Assembly: GCA_951406725.2 (NCBI GenBank)
Contig: OX597817.1
Location: forward strand, 23,808,001-23,872,000
Direction of reading: 5' to 3'
DNA length: 64,000 nucleotides
Source of the DNA: Octopus vulgaris
Lineage: Eukaryota
Shown piece after piece: positions 1 through 14,201 of the stretch. How positions within the stretch are numbered: the first letter of the stretch is position 1; each line of letters begins with the position of its first letter. A program made the translations under genes and the position numbers. Below the pieces are notes generated by a model that saw nothing but the letters and a program-made list of their open reading frames with translations, was not told where the DNA came from and searched no databases.

Positions 1-15
1 AATCCTCGAGATGCC

Positions 16-345
16 CGTTTTTGGCGTTGAATTGTAACTTGGGAAGAAATTTTGTTTCATCTTTGTAATCCTAATCAGTGGCTTCGTTAACGACCAGGCT
101 TCAAAATCTGTTGTCAACTAACGGTGATTTGAGCGTAAGGTCATGTTGTGGGTTTGGTGGAATTTAGAGGGGGGTGTTGCATTGTGAGAGAGTCTCAGGT
201 GGCCTGGCAATGGACGCTAAACAGGATTTTCAAAACCAGCAGTGAGTATTTGATGTCTTGAAAGCGGCCACCCAACATTGGTTAATCAAAGACGAACATA
301 CCTACACCATGAAAATGCTGCGGCACACACTATCAATGTGACCAA
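16..345 (+). pseudogene. Degenerate mariner transposase fragment
   Basis: Translates to RFWR*IVTWEE (cf. RIVTGDE), RKVMLWVWWNLEG (cf. KVMLCVWWDxxG) and LHHENAAAHT (cf. LHHDNARPHT), with stops and frameshifts. Confidence 0.75.
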
Positions 346-2598
346 TCCAGTCCCCTGTATTTTCTGGGCTCAGATACAATGCTCCAGTTTTTATTGAAGT
401 TGCTCACATCTCTCTCTTTAAGTGTCCATTCCGTATTGGATAACGATGTTGCATGTCTTTTATTTTCATCTCTGAAAGAAACCAAATGCTGCATTTATAT
501 CTCTTTAAAAGCGTTCCCTATCACTCCAATGTAACTTTTGTTGGATATATTAAAACCTGCCTACGTTGACGACTGAGAATCACATTAACGGATGTGGGGT
601 ATTACGAAGAACTCGTAACAGTACCTGAAATACAGGTAATGGAGGTTAGCGGTACGCGAGGCAAATCTTCAGATTTGGATAGATTGGCATGTTTTATAAT
701 CTTGTGCTAGACTTGCTCAATTACCACTATATCAATATGTACTGCAACTGGCAGAAGAATGTGCGAATACCCATTTCTTTGACTCGATGAGCTGTGGTTT
801 TGTTAAGAATAGACACGAACAAACGAGACAACTGTAATAATTTCTGCTAAGCGCAGATTCCAAGGTTTTGACCAACATTTGGGCTCTTGCTTAAACTTGA
901 CTATTAGAAAAAGGATGTAGATACTGGAAATTCAATGTAACGTCCCAGACACGACAATATTTCAAGTACAGGCCTAGAGTATAAATTAAGCAGGAGTTGA
1001 TGGAACAATCTTCATCAAACGGTGAAAATGAAAATCTTTTAGCTTTTGTAAAGAAACTATAAGAAAAACAGGGTTGCGAAAATGTCAGTCAATCGAATCA
1101 AAAAAGGCATAACAAACAAAGCGTAAATGACGATATTGGAGCCGACAACTGTTACGAAATGAAATAAGGAAGATGTGCAGTTCCTGTTAAGGTAGGCGCC
1201 TTGATACTGTAGGCAGCGAAATCCAATGAATAGAATTTGGTCATCTGATGTGTATTTGTCGATAAATTGACATTTCAATTTCTGACTAACCGCAATCAAA
1301 CTTGCGTAGTCTAATGCAAAATAAAAGGGACTAATTTTCCAACAGCACGTTGTAGAACGGTTCACCGTATTCGCTGGAGCAGAGAGTGTAAATTTTCGTA
1401 CCTAGCTCAACAATTTGCCTCAACGGACAAGACGTAGATTATCACATTTCTTTTTCCTCCAACATTCCCCGGAGATCTCTGTACGTTGTAATACCGCCAA
1501 GTGTGTTTTGTAGTACTAATGTTAACTTTAAATTTCATAAATATGAACACATAGGCAATATGAAGGCCAGTAACTTCGAAGGACGGGGTAAACTGATGAC
1601 ATGACCCCAGTGCTCAACTGGTACCTATTTTATTCTGCCAGCTCGTAGCCCTCATGCTTTCTAGAATATTAATCATCCTTTTATTATCTGGTACCTCAAT
1701 GAAACTTGAAGATTTTCACTTGATGTTTTCACTTAATTGTATAACCGAACACTGACTCGACATATAGTACTAATTTTATTTCATCATTATTTTGATATCA
1801 TATTATATATATTATTTTACTATTATATTTTAACAATGAATTTGGCTTGGTATTTTATTAAATTTCATGGGATGTTAACCGGACCTTTTTATTGCACATC
1901 CTATCTTTCTATTTTTCGATCAACATATTCTTCGTAGTCCTCTTATAATTTGGGGGAGAACTCCTTCTCTCTCTTGCCCTTTCTTTTCTTATTTCATCTA
2001 ATATTTCACCTTTATTGCTCGCATGTTTCCCAAGAGTTACCCATTCTTGTTAATTAAAGCCTCTTTATGGATACATTTGCATTTGTTGCTATCCACATTT
2101 GAAGACATTCATCTCTGCTTAGACTGCTTATAATGCTATCCATCATTTGTCTTACTTCTACTCGCGACCTTTGTGCCATAATCAATTTTATCTATTTGTA
2201 TGTACGCTTTTCTACCGCATTATTTCCCTAACTTCACACCACACTCTTGGTTTGTCAATTTAGTTATTCTCTCGCTAATACATTGTAATCCCTTCTCAGT
2301 GATAGTATTTATGACTGTGTGTACATGTGCAAGAGAATTATGCTTGAAACTTATGATGAAATGATATGATTGGACTTTCCTTCAATAACTTATGAACTAG
2401 CATAACCATTGTTTATATATGTTCCAGTATATTAAAGGATTTCGCTATCCCAGCTGTAAATGAAATGATCATAACTGGATAATATATGTGATACTAATAT
2501 CCTCTTATCTTCATTTGTGATAAAGTGTGTTAACGTGTGGGTACATGCGTACTTACACACACACATCTACATATACACATATATATGCATTTATGCAC

Positions 2599-2630
<32 letters not shown>

Positions 2631-2849
2631 ACATTAATATACAAACATATTTATGCATATATATATTTACATACATACATATTTATATATATACATATAT
2701 GTTTGTATGTATACATATATATGTATATATGTATGTATATACAAACCCACACCCAACCGTACATATAAATATCATTTTGATATTACTTTTGTTTCATATA
2801 TACCCATTACATACAAGTTATTCAGAAATAAAGATGAAACGAATGTATG

Positions 2850-2887
<38 letters not shown>

Positions 2888-2927
2888 TGTATGTGTGTAT
2901 ATATATAGACACATACAAGCATACATA

Positions 2928-4217
2928 CGAGGAGATACCCAAAAGTAACCGGAAGCGTTGTCTGTTTGACAAGCCCGTTGTAGTTCAGGCTTTTGCCGAT
3001 AGAAGCTACTCGAAGCGACCCTCAGGCATCAGTCTATCGACCGACATCCTCTTGTGAAGTCGTACCACTGCGCGGTGCATGTTTGTGTTGCTGTCCTTCC
3101 CCCTTTTTAGTCGAATATGCAATAGCTGAAACAAAGAGACGTTCTGTTTTCTGCTGCTGGGGAAAACGCCGGCTCAAACAGTTCTCATACTTCAAACAGC
3201 TTACTAGCACACTGTCATGAGCAAAACACAAGTTCACGAGTAGTTTTCACCCTTTAAGAATGGTCACTTACTGCCTGAATACCAACCTCGTTCTGAGCGA
3301 ATGATGACGTCCAGGACGAATGAAAACAACACGAAAATACATGGACAGATCTTGGAGGACCATCGCCTATAAATTGACAAGCTTGTTTATATGATTAGTG
3401 TGTCCAGGAGCTTCTGTCAACGAATTTTGAGCGACGAATTGCAAATGGAAAGAATTGCAGCAAAATTTGTCTCAGTTACTAATGTACGTTCAAAAGTAGT
3501 CACGACTGAATGTGTGTCATGAACTGAAAGAACAGTTGGAGATTGATACGCACCATTTTTCGAAGGTGATCACTAGTGAGATAATCTGGTGCTACGGTTG
3601 CAACCCGGAAACGAAACAGTACTTAAGTTACTGGAAGTATTCAATCTCACCACACCCCAACAAATTTGCGTCAAGTGAAGTCCAATGTCAAGTCGATGCT
3701 GATTTGTTTCATCGATGCGAAAGGTATTGTCCACACAAAATTTGTTCCTCCTGGTTAAACTGTTAAACAAACATTTTACCTGGCGGTTTTGAAGCGTTTG
3801 CAAGACACGGCGAGAAGAAAACCACCCCGAGCAGTAGCAAAGTGCTGAGGAGTGGGTTCTTCACGACAATGTACCTTCGTATACCACTTTGTGTGTGAGA
3901 CAAATTTGACCAAAAATGGCATGATTGCATTTATCCACCCTCCCTATTCCCCCGATCTTGCTCCTTCTAACATTTTTTATTATTGTTCCTCCTAATGAAA
4001 AATGTCCTTACAGGAAAACGTTTAGTATATGTGGAAGAGATGAAAGAAAAAATGACGGAGGCGTTAAAAGGCATAACTTTTCAAGAGTTCTAGAACGGCT
4101 TCGAACAATGGAAAATGCTTCTGGAGAGTTCTTTGAAGGCGATAAAAGTGTAATCTTGTAAAACGAAATGAATAAAATAATATTCCAAAATTCCGGTTTC
4201 TTTTGGGTGCACCCTGG
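2928..4217 (+). mobile_element. Full-length (~1.29 kb) degenerate mariner transposon with imperfect TIRs and TA flanks
   Basis: Left end TA|CGAGGAGATACCCAAAAGTAACCGGAA matches the right-end reverse complement TA|CCAGGGTGCACCCAAAAGAAACCGGAA. Internal motifs FSKVITSEIIWCYGCNPETKQ, HDNVP and HPPYSPDLAPS; ORF disrupted. Confidence 0.9.
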
Positions 4218-4230
4218 TATGTGTGTATGT

Positions 4231-4301
<71 letters not shown>

Positions 4302-4391
4302 TATACAGAAAGACATTGAAAGACAGAAAGAGAGTTGGAGAGTAACGGGAATGAAGAGATGATCAATACATAAATACTGGTTGCAAATCTT

Positions 4392-4594
4392 TGGCACAAG
4401 CTCAGCACGATCGTGGCAAGGGTAAATGAGTTACGTTGATCGCTGTGCTCAAATGGTAATTACTTTATCGACCTTGAAATGATGAAAGCCAAAGTCAACC
4501 TCGGCGGAATTTGAACTCTGAACGAAAAGACAAATGTAATGCCGCTAAACATCTTGCCCGGCATGCTAAAGATTCTTACCAAATCGTCACCTTG
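4392..4594 (-). mobile_element. tRNA-derived SINE, family A (Meta/MESC-like core), diverged copy
   Basis: Minus strand has the B-box-like GTTCAAATTCCGCCGAGG followed by a TTTCATC...GGTCGATAAA core shared with copies at 21.2-21.7, 29.6 and 42.2 kb. Confidence 0.75.
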
Positions 4595-5025
4595 ATCAAT
4601 ACATAAATTTTGAAATAAAGAAGAAATAGCCACTCCGCATGTTTTGTGTGATTCCTCTCTTTCTGTTTGTCTATATCTGTCAAATTAATAGCAGAATTGT
4701 TTGGTATCTGATCTGGGATTATAGGATTAATGTTCTTAATACGTTTGAACCTAATAACTCTGTTCTCGGATATTATTTATCTGTGCTACAAATTGGTATT
4801 ATTTTCAAATGAGATGCATGTTACAGGATTATTCAGTAATTTATTGGTTATTTCTCTTTTCTATAAGTTTATTACTCGTTGTCACCAAATTTGGCAACAT
4901 ACACATTATATATATGTGTGTATGTAAGTATGTATTATGCAGGTATGTATGTAAGTATGTATGTATGTATGTATGTATGTATGTATGTATGTATGTATGT
5001 ATCTATCTATCTATCTATCTATCTT

Positions 5026-5060
<35 letters not shown>

Positions 5061-6504
5061 CTCTATCTATCTATCTATATATCTATCTATCTATCAATTT
5101 ATCTATCTATCTATCTATCTAACTATCTATGTGTGTATGTCTGTCTGTGTGTGTGAGTGTGTACCCGGAAACAATTGTGTAATGATTCTGTCGATACGAA
5201 TAATTATAGCAATTCTAATATAAATATAAAGACATTTTATGACAGTACGTATTATCATTTTGTTGGTCTTGCAGCAATAGTGGTATGGATATGAAGAACA
5301 CAATTGTCACGTCTATGTGTATAGAATATTGAATTGAGATAAGAAGACAAGAAATTATTTTAAGTTTGATGTAATTTTCTTCTCTTACTCACTTGTATTG
5401 AAGGCTACATTTTAGTGTATGTGTTCAGCCCTAAGTGCAAGGGTGATAAGTAAAAAGTTTGGAGTAAATTTCGGAAGTGCAAGATGCCTACTGACATTGA
5501 GAATGCCTATGAACAAAGGATTTCATGTCGTCCCCATCAAATGCTACTTCAAAGCACATGTCTTGTAACTATATCATCGAGTATATTTTTTAAGATGTTA
5601 GAAGTGTGTAGATGTGGCTATCATATGTAGCACTATAACCACACAGTGACCTTCCACATTAAGTCAAGATTGAACTCAGGCATGTTTTATGAATTTGTAT
5701 GAAAAGTGAGGTCACCGTTCATAAACTTCTTCAAAGAGTCCGAGTCTAGTGTGGGAGGCAGAAGAGAAATTACCTTCAATCGGTTATCGAACGTAAATAC
5801 TTGCTTTGGATTATGATCCGCTATAAACACTCAAAGGCCAAGTTGTAGTATTAAGTAGAACAGTGAATTAGATCTACCGCATTAATTGGTTTGTTTCTTC
5901 TCTTTTAATTAAACTTATTCTACCAAACGCAGACAGTTTGATGAAAAGCCAAGTCAACATCAGTAGATTTACAACCTGAAACACCTTAGTACAAACTTAT
6001 ATAGCATAACATTCCATCATTAATTTTGAATGCCTATTCTGTTTCACTCTGAATCTGCATATGTGTGTGTCATGCTTCACCTACAGAATACTGCATTTTC
6101 TCAGATTATGATTACATGAAAGAAAAATATTTTCTTTGTGTATCTTCTTTCCCTACAAAACCAATATTGTTCAGTACTGTGCAAATGATCCTTAAGAATT
6201 AATATCTTAACATCACAGATAAATATTAACGTACCAATGGTCAGGATAAGACAATAATTAAAAGTTAATACTCTTCAAGATTTGAGGATACGCTTTATTA
6301 AAATTATGACGAAAGGCGGGAGATTCCTTATCAAGAAGTGTTAAGGTCAATTTATTAAAGGCATCTTAGTATCAATTTCTTTTGGATAAACGATATTTCA
6401 ATAATTTCTTTTGAAATTCATTTGAAATAATTTGAAGCCATTCAAAACTAGGTGTATCAATATCTACTAAGTATGTCAAATGTGATGTTACTCCAGAGTA
6501 TATG

Positions 6505-6548
<44 letters not shown>

Positions 6549-6580
6549 ATGTATATATAAATTTGTAGAATTTATATATA

Positions 6581-6646
<66 letters not shown>

Positions 6647-6660
6647 GTATGCATATGTCC

Positions 6661-6731
<71 letters not shown>

Positions 6732-6795
6732 TATATATGCATATGTATATATATATAATGTAAGCATGTATCCATGTTTATATGTATGTATTATG

Positions 6796-6829
<34 letters not shown>

Positions 6830-9551
6830 TGTATGTATGTATGTATGTATGTATGTATGTATGTATGTATGTATGTATGTAGGTGTGTATGTATCCTTAC
6901 TTAATAAGGTAGCATTTTATCTGAATGTGCGTTGATCACTTTGGCTATATATCTGAATGTTTTTCAGTCTCCCCGCCCTTCTTTTCCAATTTTCCAATCT
7001 ACATTAATCTTATTTAAATCGTTTGAGACTTTAAGAATATTTATCGAAACTTTAGTTGTTAGCTGATGAGTGCGTGATTGTATGTATTTTCTGCATTGTG
7101 CCTTGTGTTAGTGTGAATGTGTGTGTATATGTATGCGCACATAATTTGATAATGATTTCGCATGCGAAAATTTGTGTGTTTGAGTGAATACGTTTTAAAT
7201 ATGCTTCTGTGTGCGATGTGTATGTATTAAGTGTATGTTTTAAATGATTTACTTCATGTTGTGTGATTTGTGTGAAGATGCGTATGAAAGTGTAACGCAT
7301 GTGCAATGATGTTTGCTTGTAAGTATTAATTTGTAACACAGAGACAGAGACAGAGTGTGTGTGTGTGTGTGTATGTGTGTATGTGTGTGAATTCCTATAT
7401 ACGAATGCTTGTACCAGTGTGTGACAGTATACACTTATTTGTATTCTGCTCGACGTTGCGTGTTTATTGTTTTGATGATGTGTAAGAAAGATATAAAATG
7501 AGGAAGTTTATGTCTATATGTGTCTATGTGTGTCTGTGTGAGAATTCCTGATTGGGTTTTGACATGAATAATCCAGATATCATTGCTACACATGACCCTC
7601 GCATTCAACGTCTTTTCCTTCTGACATTGATGATAAACATTTCTAGTGTTTTCGAAAGGACGTTAATACTTTTTTCCTGATATGAATTCTAACTGCGATG
7701 TTAACGATGGTGTCACCATTACAGAGACGAGATCACTTCAGCCGAAACTATAAATCCTTTTTAGGACAGATATCTAAAGCTTGTACAACTAGCGAAATTC
7801 AGATGGTTTTAGAAAGATTAGCTACTCAACGCCTCCATAATATTAGGAATTGAGCTATAACACACAGTGCTTTATTGAAATCTAAAATGTAATAGAAGAT
7901 TGCCGACACGTATATGAGAACAGTTGTGGCTTATTGATTTCCTTAAAATATTTCCCTGACATACGTGAACTGATTTCTCTATGTTTTAGTTGCAGAACTT
8001 ACTACCGTCTTTCAGCCGCCGTTTATCACAAAAAAAAAAAAAATTTGCATCAAATAGAATGCATCATTGAATTATGCATCTTGTAACATATATCATAAAA
8101 GATACGTCGTTAAACATGTGTCACTTTACACAAGAAAATAAATACATTATTAAAGATACAATACTTAGCACTTATCATTAAACATACCCCGTTCACATAT
8201 CACAATACAGCAATTACTGTCAACATAAATCGTGGAACAAATACATATTCCAACAGAAAGTATATAACTACGTCCATATCCCTTTAAGCCACCATTCTAT
8301 TTGAAATACTTAAGTAAAACTACATCTACTGGATCTAGAGATCCTATATCCTACAAGACCAAAAGTATTTAAGTAAGTTTATTGCAGCGATCACACATAG
8401 ATAAAAGTATATTGCCTGCTTGTTGAATCCAATGAAGACTATTCCAGTTGTTTGATTAACGGAATGCCCTTCTAATTGTATTTTAGGGTAAGCGGATGTG
8501 TGTGCCAAAAGCAGGTTCCATTTCCATTTAAAGTAATGCTAGGGTACAATCAACCTCTCACTATTAAAGAAAGCGGGCCCTTTAGATTACTATAACAAGC
8601 CATCCTACAGGCTTCCACTCAAATGCCTACACAATTTCAAGGTAGTAATGGGAAAAATTTTCCAAAATCAGCGCTATGAAATTTAAACATATTAACCGAC
8701 ATGTGACATTTACATTGCTGTCGTAATAGTACCTATGTTACTATACGCACCTTCATACAAAAACAAATTTAAGTTGCACACATCAGCCATGACACAAGTG
8801 CTGAAGGCTCTGTAAAGAACCATAGGCGTTGTCATCTCTCCTCTAAATAAACCATTTAAAACATACGGGAGACGAATTTTATCAACATAAAAAAAGTACA
8901 TCGAACATTAAGAGCTAATCGAAACGGGTGCCTAATATGCATCGGTAGTGTTTATGTTTTGAAGCAGAGGAAAAGTTATTTTGCAATAATAGCTGAAGGA
9001 TACTATGACTTTAAACTACATGTTAAAATGTATTTGAAAACAATTTTTTTACGATAAAACTGCTGTTCACTAAGATATTGATTTAAAAGGCGACATATAC
9101 GCATGCAACCAAACGTTAACTATAAAATCTACACAGTTCGGGAGATCAATATTTGTGATATATTGATCAAGAGTTTGTGGAATAAAAGCATGATTTTGAT
9201 ATTTTGAAACGTTAAGTAGCATCAAAAATCGGCAACAGTCTTTTTGAATACGTCGTGACCAATATCATACTTGAAAACTGAATGACTGTTGCTGCAAATT
9301 AACAACTTTGTTCTAGTGAAAATATGAAATATAAGGCTTATTAAATTCCTTCAGACTATACTGACGTATAACATTAAGCAACGCAATAATGTAGATGGTA
9401 ATCACTGTGCTTGCTGAGTTCAGGGGCGTTATCGAGAAGCTTGTGCAAAATATTCACAGTTCATGTTGCATGTTAAATGCGTTTCTCCATATGTAAACGC
9501 CAAACATTCAGAAACCTATATGTGTGCGTGTGCATGTATATGTACACACAT

Positions 9552-9609
<58 letters not shown>

Positions 9610-10263
9610 ACGCACATGGATATAAATGTGTATCTTTAAAGAATGGTAAATGTTTCTTGTCTAATTGTTGTTATAAGGAATATATGTAAAAGAAAGATGA
9701 AAGAAATTATTAGTTTTATTATTAATAATTCCTTTGATGTGTTTGCGGGTGGGGGTTTTATTCAGGTTGGGGGAATTCCATTGGGTGACATTTGTAGGCG
9801 TCCGTTGGCGGACTTTTATCGTTCTTCATGCGAGTTCCTTTTTCTTAAAGGCCTACGCGCGAGGAAAAAAATTGGTTTACTTAAACAACTTAATAGATGC
9901 TGGAGATACGTGGATGATATATTTATACCTTATTACGGTTTCTTTGAAATTTTATATAGAAGAATACACCTTGGTGAAGTTATAGCCACCAGAAACGGTA
10001 ACAATACAAGGAATATTAATTATTTAGATGTCAATTTAGTACTTAAGGATAATAATGAAATATGTGCTGGCATTTATAATAAAACAGAAGATTTGGGTTT
10101 CCAAATGGCTTCAGTGTCATAGTTCAGTAGTAGAATTCTCTATTTTATTGGTTATGGTGTTTTTGCAGGGCAAATAGTCGGATATAGTACTATTATTAAT
10201 AATGCTAATAAGTTTTTGCATAAAATAAATAAACTGTTAAAAAATTTAATAAAACAAGGGTAT

Positions 10264-10450
10264 CTCCTTGTTTCTTTTCTGTGTATCTTTCTGTTGAAGA
10301 GCTTAGGCTCGAAACGTAAAAGACTTGTTTTATTTCTATTCCTGAGCGTCATACTAATACAATTGTTTGTTTGTACTCCACCTGCCTTCGTCTTTTGTTT
10401 ATTTTCGTAAACCTGCCTTCGTCTTTTGTTTATTTTCGTAAACCTTCCCG
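10264..10450 (+). mobile_element. Short HHR-bearing element (PLE pLTR-like), copy 1
   Basis: Similar to 24865-25018, 28190-28355 and 43504-43653. Contains tcttt-CTGTTGA-A-GAGC-ttag-GCTC-GAA-ACGT-A-aaaga and a 31-bp internal tandem duplication at about 10380-10445. Confidence 0.75.
10286..10323 (+). ncRNA. Minimal type I hammerhead ribozyme-like motif (core variant CUGUUGA)
   Basis: Stem I tcttt/aaaga, stem II GAGC/GCTC, GAAA, palindromic ACGT stem III, GUA cleavage triplet. Confidence 0.6.
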
Positions 10451-11466
10451 TTATAGATATGGTAAATTGGTTAACACTTTTAATCGCTGTTTGGGTGGGA
10501 GACTTGAAATTTTAGATAAATATGGAGTAGTATCTAGTCTTCAACTTAGCAAATATTTGTAGAGATTTGGAATGTTTACGATTCAAGTTATTTGCTTACA
10601 TACGTCACTAATATCGTTTGAGGCAATCGAGGAAATAGTAATTATGTACTACATCATCTATAAAGATAATCTTTTAAGTTCTAGAAGTGATGTAGTTTGA
10701 AAAAACAAGTAAGTGTTAAGACTTTGTAGTTTTATTATCTTTTAAACAGTTTTAATTTAGCTTTAATCGTAGCAAAGTTTTATAATAATAGTTAATTACA
10801 AATATACTTTTATTATTTCCTATTTAACAAATTTAATGTTTCTATTAGTTACTGGTAAGTTTACATTATAGCTTGTAAGAGTAATATATATTAAGAGTAT
10901 GTAGTGTTTTTATTATTAACTTTTGAATTATAAAATATTGTATTTCACTCATTATTATTATTATATTATTCGTTAAATTAAATTAAATCATGTCTCGTCT
11001 TGGAGAGAATTGATATAAAGCTTTCACTTACTTTTATTATAGTAGTAACTATGGAAGACTGGTGGGATTATTATTTGTATGGACTTAAAGATTGGTTCCT
11101 ATTTAGTACATTATTTAGTTATTGTAGGTTTACTATTAATATTCATACAGATGTACATAGATTTATATGTTTCTTGCCTATATTTAGACTGAATACTGTT
11201 GTACATAAGGTTAATGTATTTGAAAGTTGTGGTTTGTTTTTGGAATGCTTGTTCCCAAACAACACTTATTTTAGCGTTGTTGACACCGCACATCTGAATG
11301 GTACTGCCCAGGTATCGAAACCATAATGATATCCGTGGGGCAGCTGATGATGGAGTATGTTGGATTGTTGGTATGGCAGTTTTTGTATATATGGAATAGT
11401 GTTATAACACAGCCTTTTGATATACATATATATGTGCGGGTGTATTTTGCGCGTGCATATATATGC

Positions 11467-11522
<56 letters not shown>

Positions 11523-11559
11523 GTCTGTCTGTCTGTGTTTGTGTGTGTGTGTATGTATA

Positions 11560-11953
11560 GGCGCAGGCGTGGCTCTGTGTGAAAAAGCTTGCTTCCCAAC
11601 CACACAGTTTCGCATTCAGTCCCACTGCGTGAAATCTTGGGCAACTGTTTTCTACTATAGCTTCGGGCAGACGAAAGCCTTGTGAGTAAATTTGGTAGAC
11701 AGAAACTGAAAGAATCCCGTACATATGTATATATGTATGTATGTGTGTCATTGTCCTTGTCTCCCCATCGCTGCTTGACATCCGGCTTTGCCCTGTTTAC
11801 GTCTTCGTACCTTAACGGTTCGAGAATAGGGAACGATAGAGTAAGTGCTAAGCTTACAAATAAGCCCTGCGGTCGATTTATTCAGCTAAAAACCCTTCAA
11901 GTCGGAGCTCAAGCATGGCCGCAGTCAAATGACTGGAAAAGGTACAGGAATAA
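11560..11953 (+). mobile_element. tRNA-derived CORE-type SINE, family B
   Basis: Head GGCGCAGGCGTGGCT...TTCAGTCCCAC, CORE-like CTTGGGCAA, internal TA/TG microsatellite, tail GGCCGCAGTCAAATGACTG. Similar to copies at 22170, 25104, 43355 and 48550. Confidence 0.85.
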
Positions 11954-12546
11954 AATACTATGTGTGCGTGTGTGTATGCATGCACATATGTGTGCGTGCG
12001 TGCTTGCATGTGTGTGTGCTTGTGTGTGTTTGTATGTATTTCTGTCAGCACGTATGTACTGTATATGTCGACATCTCTATATGTATATATATATATATGC
12101 ATATATTAGTTTGTTGTGGCTGTCCTTAGATAAATATGTGAGTGTGTGTGTGTGTGTGTATGTACACATGCCATACTTTTACATGGTCTTTTAACACAAT
12201 GAAATCATAATGTCATATCATGACATTAAACCTGATGAGGCTGATGCATGTTGAGATCAGGCTGCAGCCAATTTCTCTCAGAAAAGGAAAGAGAAAGACA
12301 GAGAGAGAGAGAGAGTAAGGAGAGAGAATGAGAAGAGAGAGAGACAGACAGAGAAGCGAGAAATTATCCAGAAAAGAATTCGATAATTTTGAATTCGGTC
12401 TATTTGATATGAGAGTAGAGGCATTTAGAGGACATTTTGCATGGCATTCTAAAGACGTATAAATGACTGCCAACTCACTGTCGGAAATACATACAAGCAT
12501 ATATACAATATATATACATACACACACACACACACATTCACAACAC

Positions 12547-12601
<55 letters not shown>

Positions 12602-12699
12602 GGTCGATAGATACATACATCCATACATAAATACATACATCCATACACACATACAAACATATGAAGGTAGGTAGATACGTAGACAGATAGATAGATTGG

Positions 12700-12734
<35 letters not shown>

Positions 12735-12949
12735 GGAGTTTTATAGATAGATAGATAATGATGCAAATAAGCATAATAAAAATGCTTGGCCTTGATCTAT
12801 AAAATATACATTCTTATACACATATAAATATTTATTGGGATATATATATAGAGAGAGAGACAAAAGCTGTAAATATACAGATAAACATTCAGGTATGACT
12901 GAAACAAGTAAAAGAGTATAAGCGTATAGATGTATATTTTATTTACAAA

Positions 12950-13590
12950 ACCGATTTACATAGAATTCAAAAGATTAAAAAACCTAAGAGAAGTGGACAT
13001 GGTATTTCAGATCCGACAGCTGGGACGTGGGTTAGGAATTATGTAATAGTCGTAATGCTGGTATGCTTGAGTGTGCAATTTTTCAAGAATATGCAACCAG
13101 TAATAGATGCATATAAAGGTTACTGTAAATCTAGGTCCCACCTTCAGTGTGACGGAATGGCGTCTAACGTTTCAAATAATAATGTAAGGAATAATGTAAA
13201 GAATGGGTTAAGAAGAAGATAAATAGAATTTGGTGAGATGAGGAAGTAGGCGGTTCAGTGATGTAGTGTTAAATAAGAGAAGGGACAAGAAGTGATAGGA
13301 GAGGCAGAGCAAGAAAGAATGAATGACCAAGGTATTGAGAGAAGTAGAAGTAGGAGTGAGTCTAGAGACGAGTGAGAAGGAAGGTTGATTGGTGTTAGAG
13401 ATATAATTACTGGAGTAGGTAGATCGCTATGAGAGTAAAGTAGAGAGAGGTGGATAGAGTTGGAGGACGCGAGTGATAGGTTGGTAGGATTCGCAATGGG
13501 GAAGTAGTGTCATATGGTTCTGCTTGAGGAAGTGAAAATCAATTCGAATTATGAGGGTGGGGCGGCTGCAAAGGAAGATGACCTAGGTAG
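12950..13590 (-). mobile_element. Possible highly decayed PLE coding region
   Basis: C/T-rich minus strand with the same compositional skew as the PLE at 61.5-62.3 kb. No clean motif. Confidence 0.25.
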
Positions 13591-13612
13591 ATGTGTATAT
13601 ACTTATACATAC

Positions 13613-13672
<60 letters not shown>

Positions 13673-13743
13673 GGAAAATAAGAAAATGGAGATAAATCAA
13701 TTAATAAGTATCTTTATTAATTGTAAAAATAAACATAATCACG

Positions 13744-13822
13744 AACAGCTGTTTCAAATCGTACTTTAAAGATTATAATTAAAATAATTAAATCATTTCT
13801 TAAAGCGGAATCTCGTCAGAGG
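13744..13822 (-). ncRNA. Hammerhead ribozyme-like motif with long AT-rich stem II
   Basis: Minus strand CTGACGA-GATT...ATTT-GAAA-CAGCTG-TT: intact core boxes and a palindromic ACAGCTGT stem III. Stem I is weak. Confidence 0.6.
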
Positions 13823-13906
13823 CAGAAAAAAAAAGCTATACCATTGTATTATTGGGTGTTATTATTCGGTACATTACAGCAAACCGAGGATTGTTATAAG
13901 AATAAA

Positions 13907-14201
13907 TCTTTATATATAAAAGTCAAGTTGTGTGTCTGTCTCCTACGATTTAGATTCCTAACTACTCCCACATTTTGCAGTGCAGTTTAACCAAAACCGG
14001 GTATCTTATAGTCGTGATTCATATCGAGCCCTTCTGGGTATTAGCGCGCGTCTACGATGAGTCTACGATTTAAAAAAAAATTACCATCATTTTTTCCCAT
14101 ATTTAATGCATTTTTTTGCTATTTTTTGGCTATAACTCTCTAAAAATGCTTATATAGTTATTTCCCTTACAAACCCGAGCAACGCCGAGCGATACTGGTA
14201 G
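13907..14201 (+). mobile_element. Non-autonomous Helitron
   Basis: Starts A|TC(TTTATATATAAA). Ends with a GC-rich subterminal hairpin-like CCCGAGCAACGCCGAG followed by GTAG|T (CTAG variant). A|T insertion site, no TSD. Confidence 0.7.

Larger units (their letters stand above)
9640..10565 (+). pseudogene. Penelope-like element reverse transcriptase remnant, interrupted by a ~190-bp insertion
   Basis: IQVGGIPLG...PLADF, RYVDDIF, YLDV, IYNKTEDLGF, YGVFAGQI...LIKQGY. Coding resumes after the insert as YRYGKLVNTF. This motif order is typical of PLE RT and thumb. Confidence 0.8.

Noticed and set aside
880-2350. Coding-like decayed sequence, possibly retroelement gag/ORF1, including ORF 1057-1365
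   Set aside because: No diagnostic motif could be identified.
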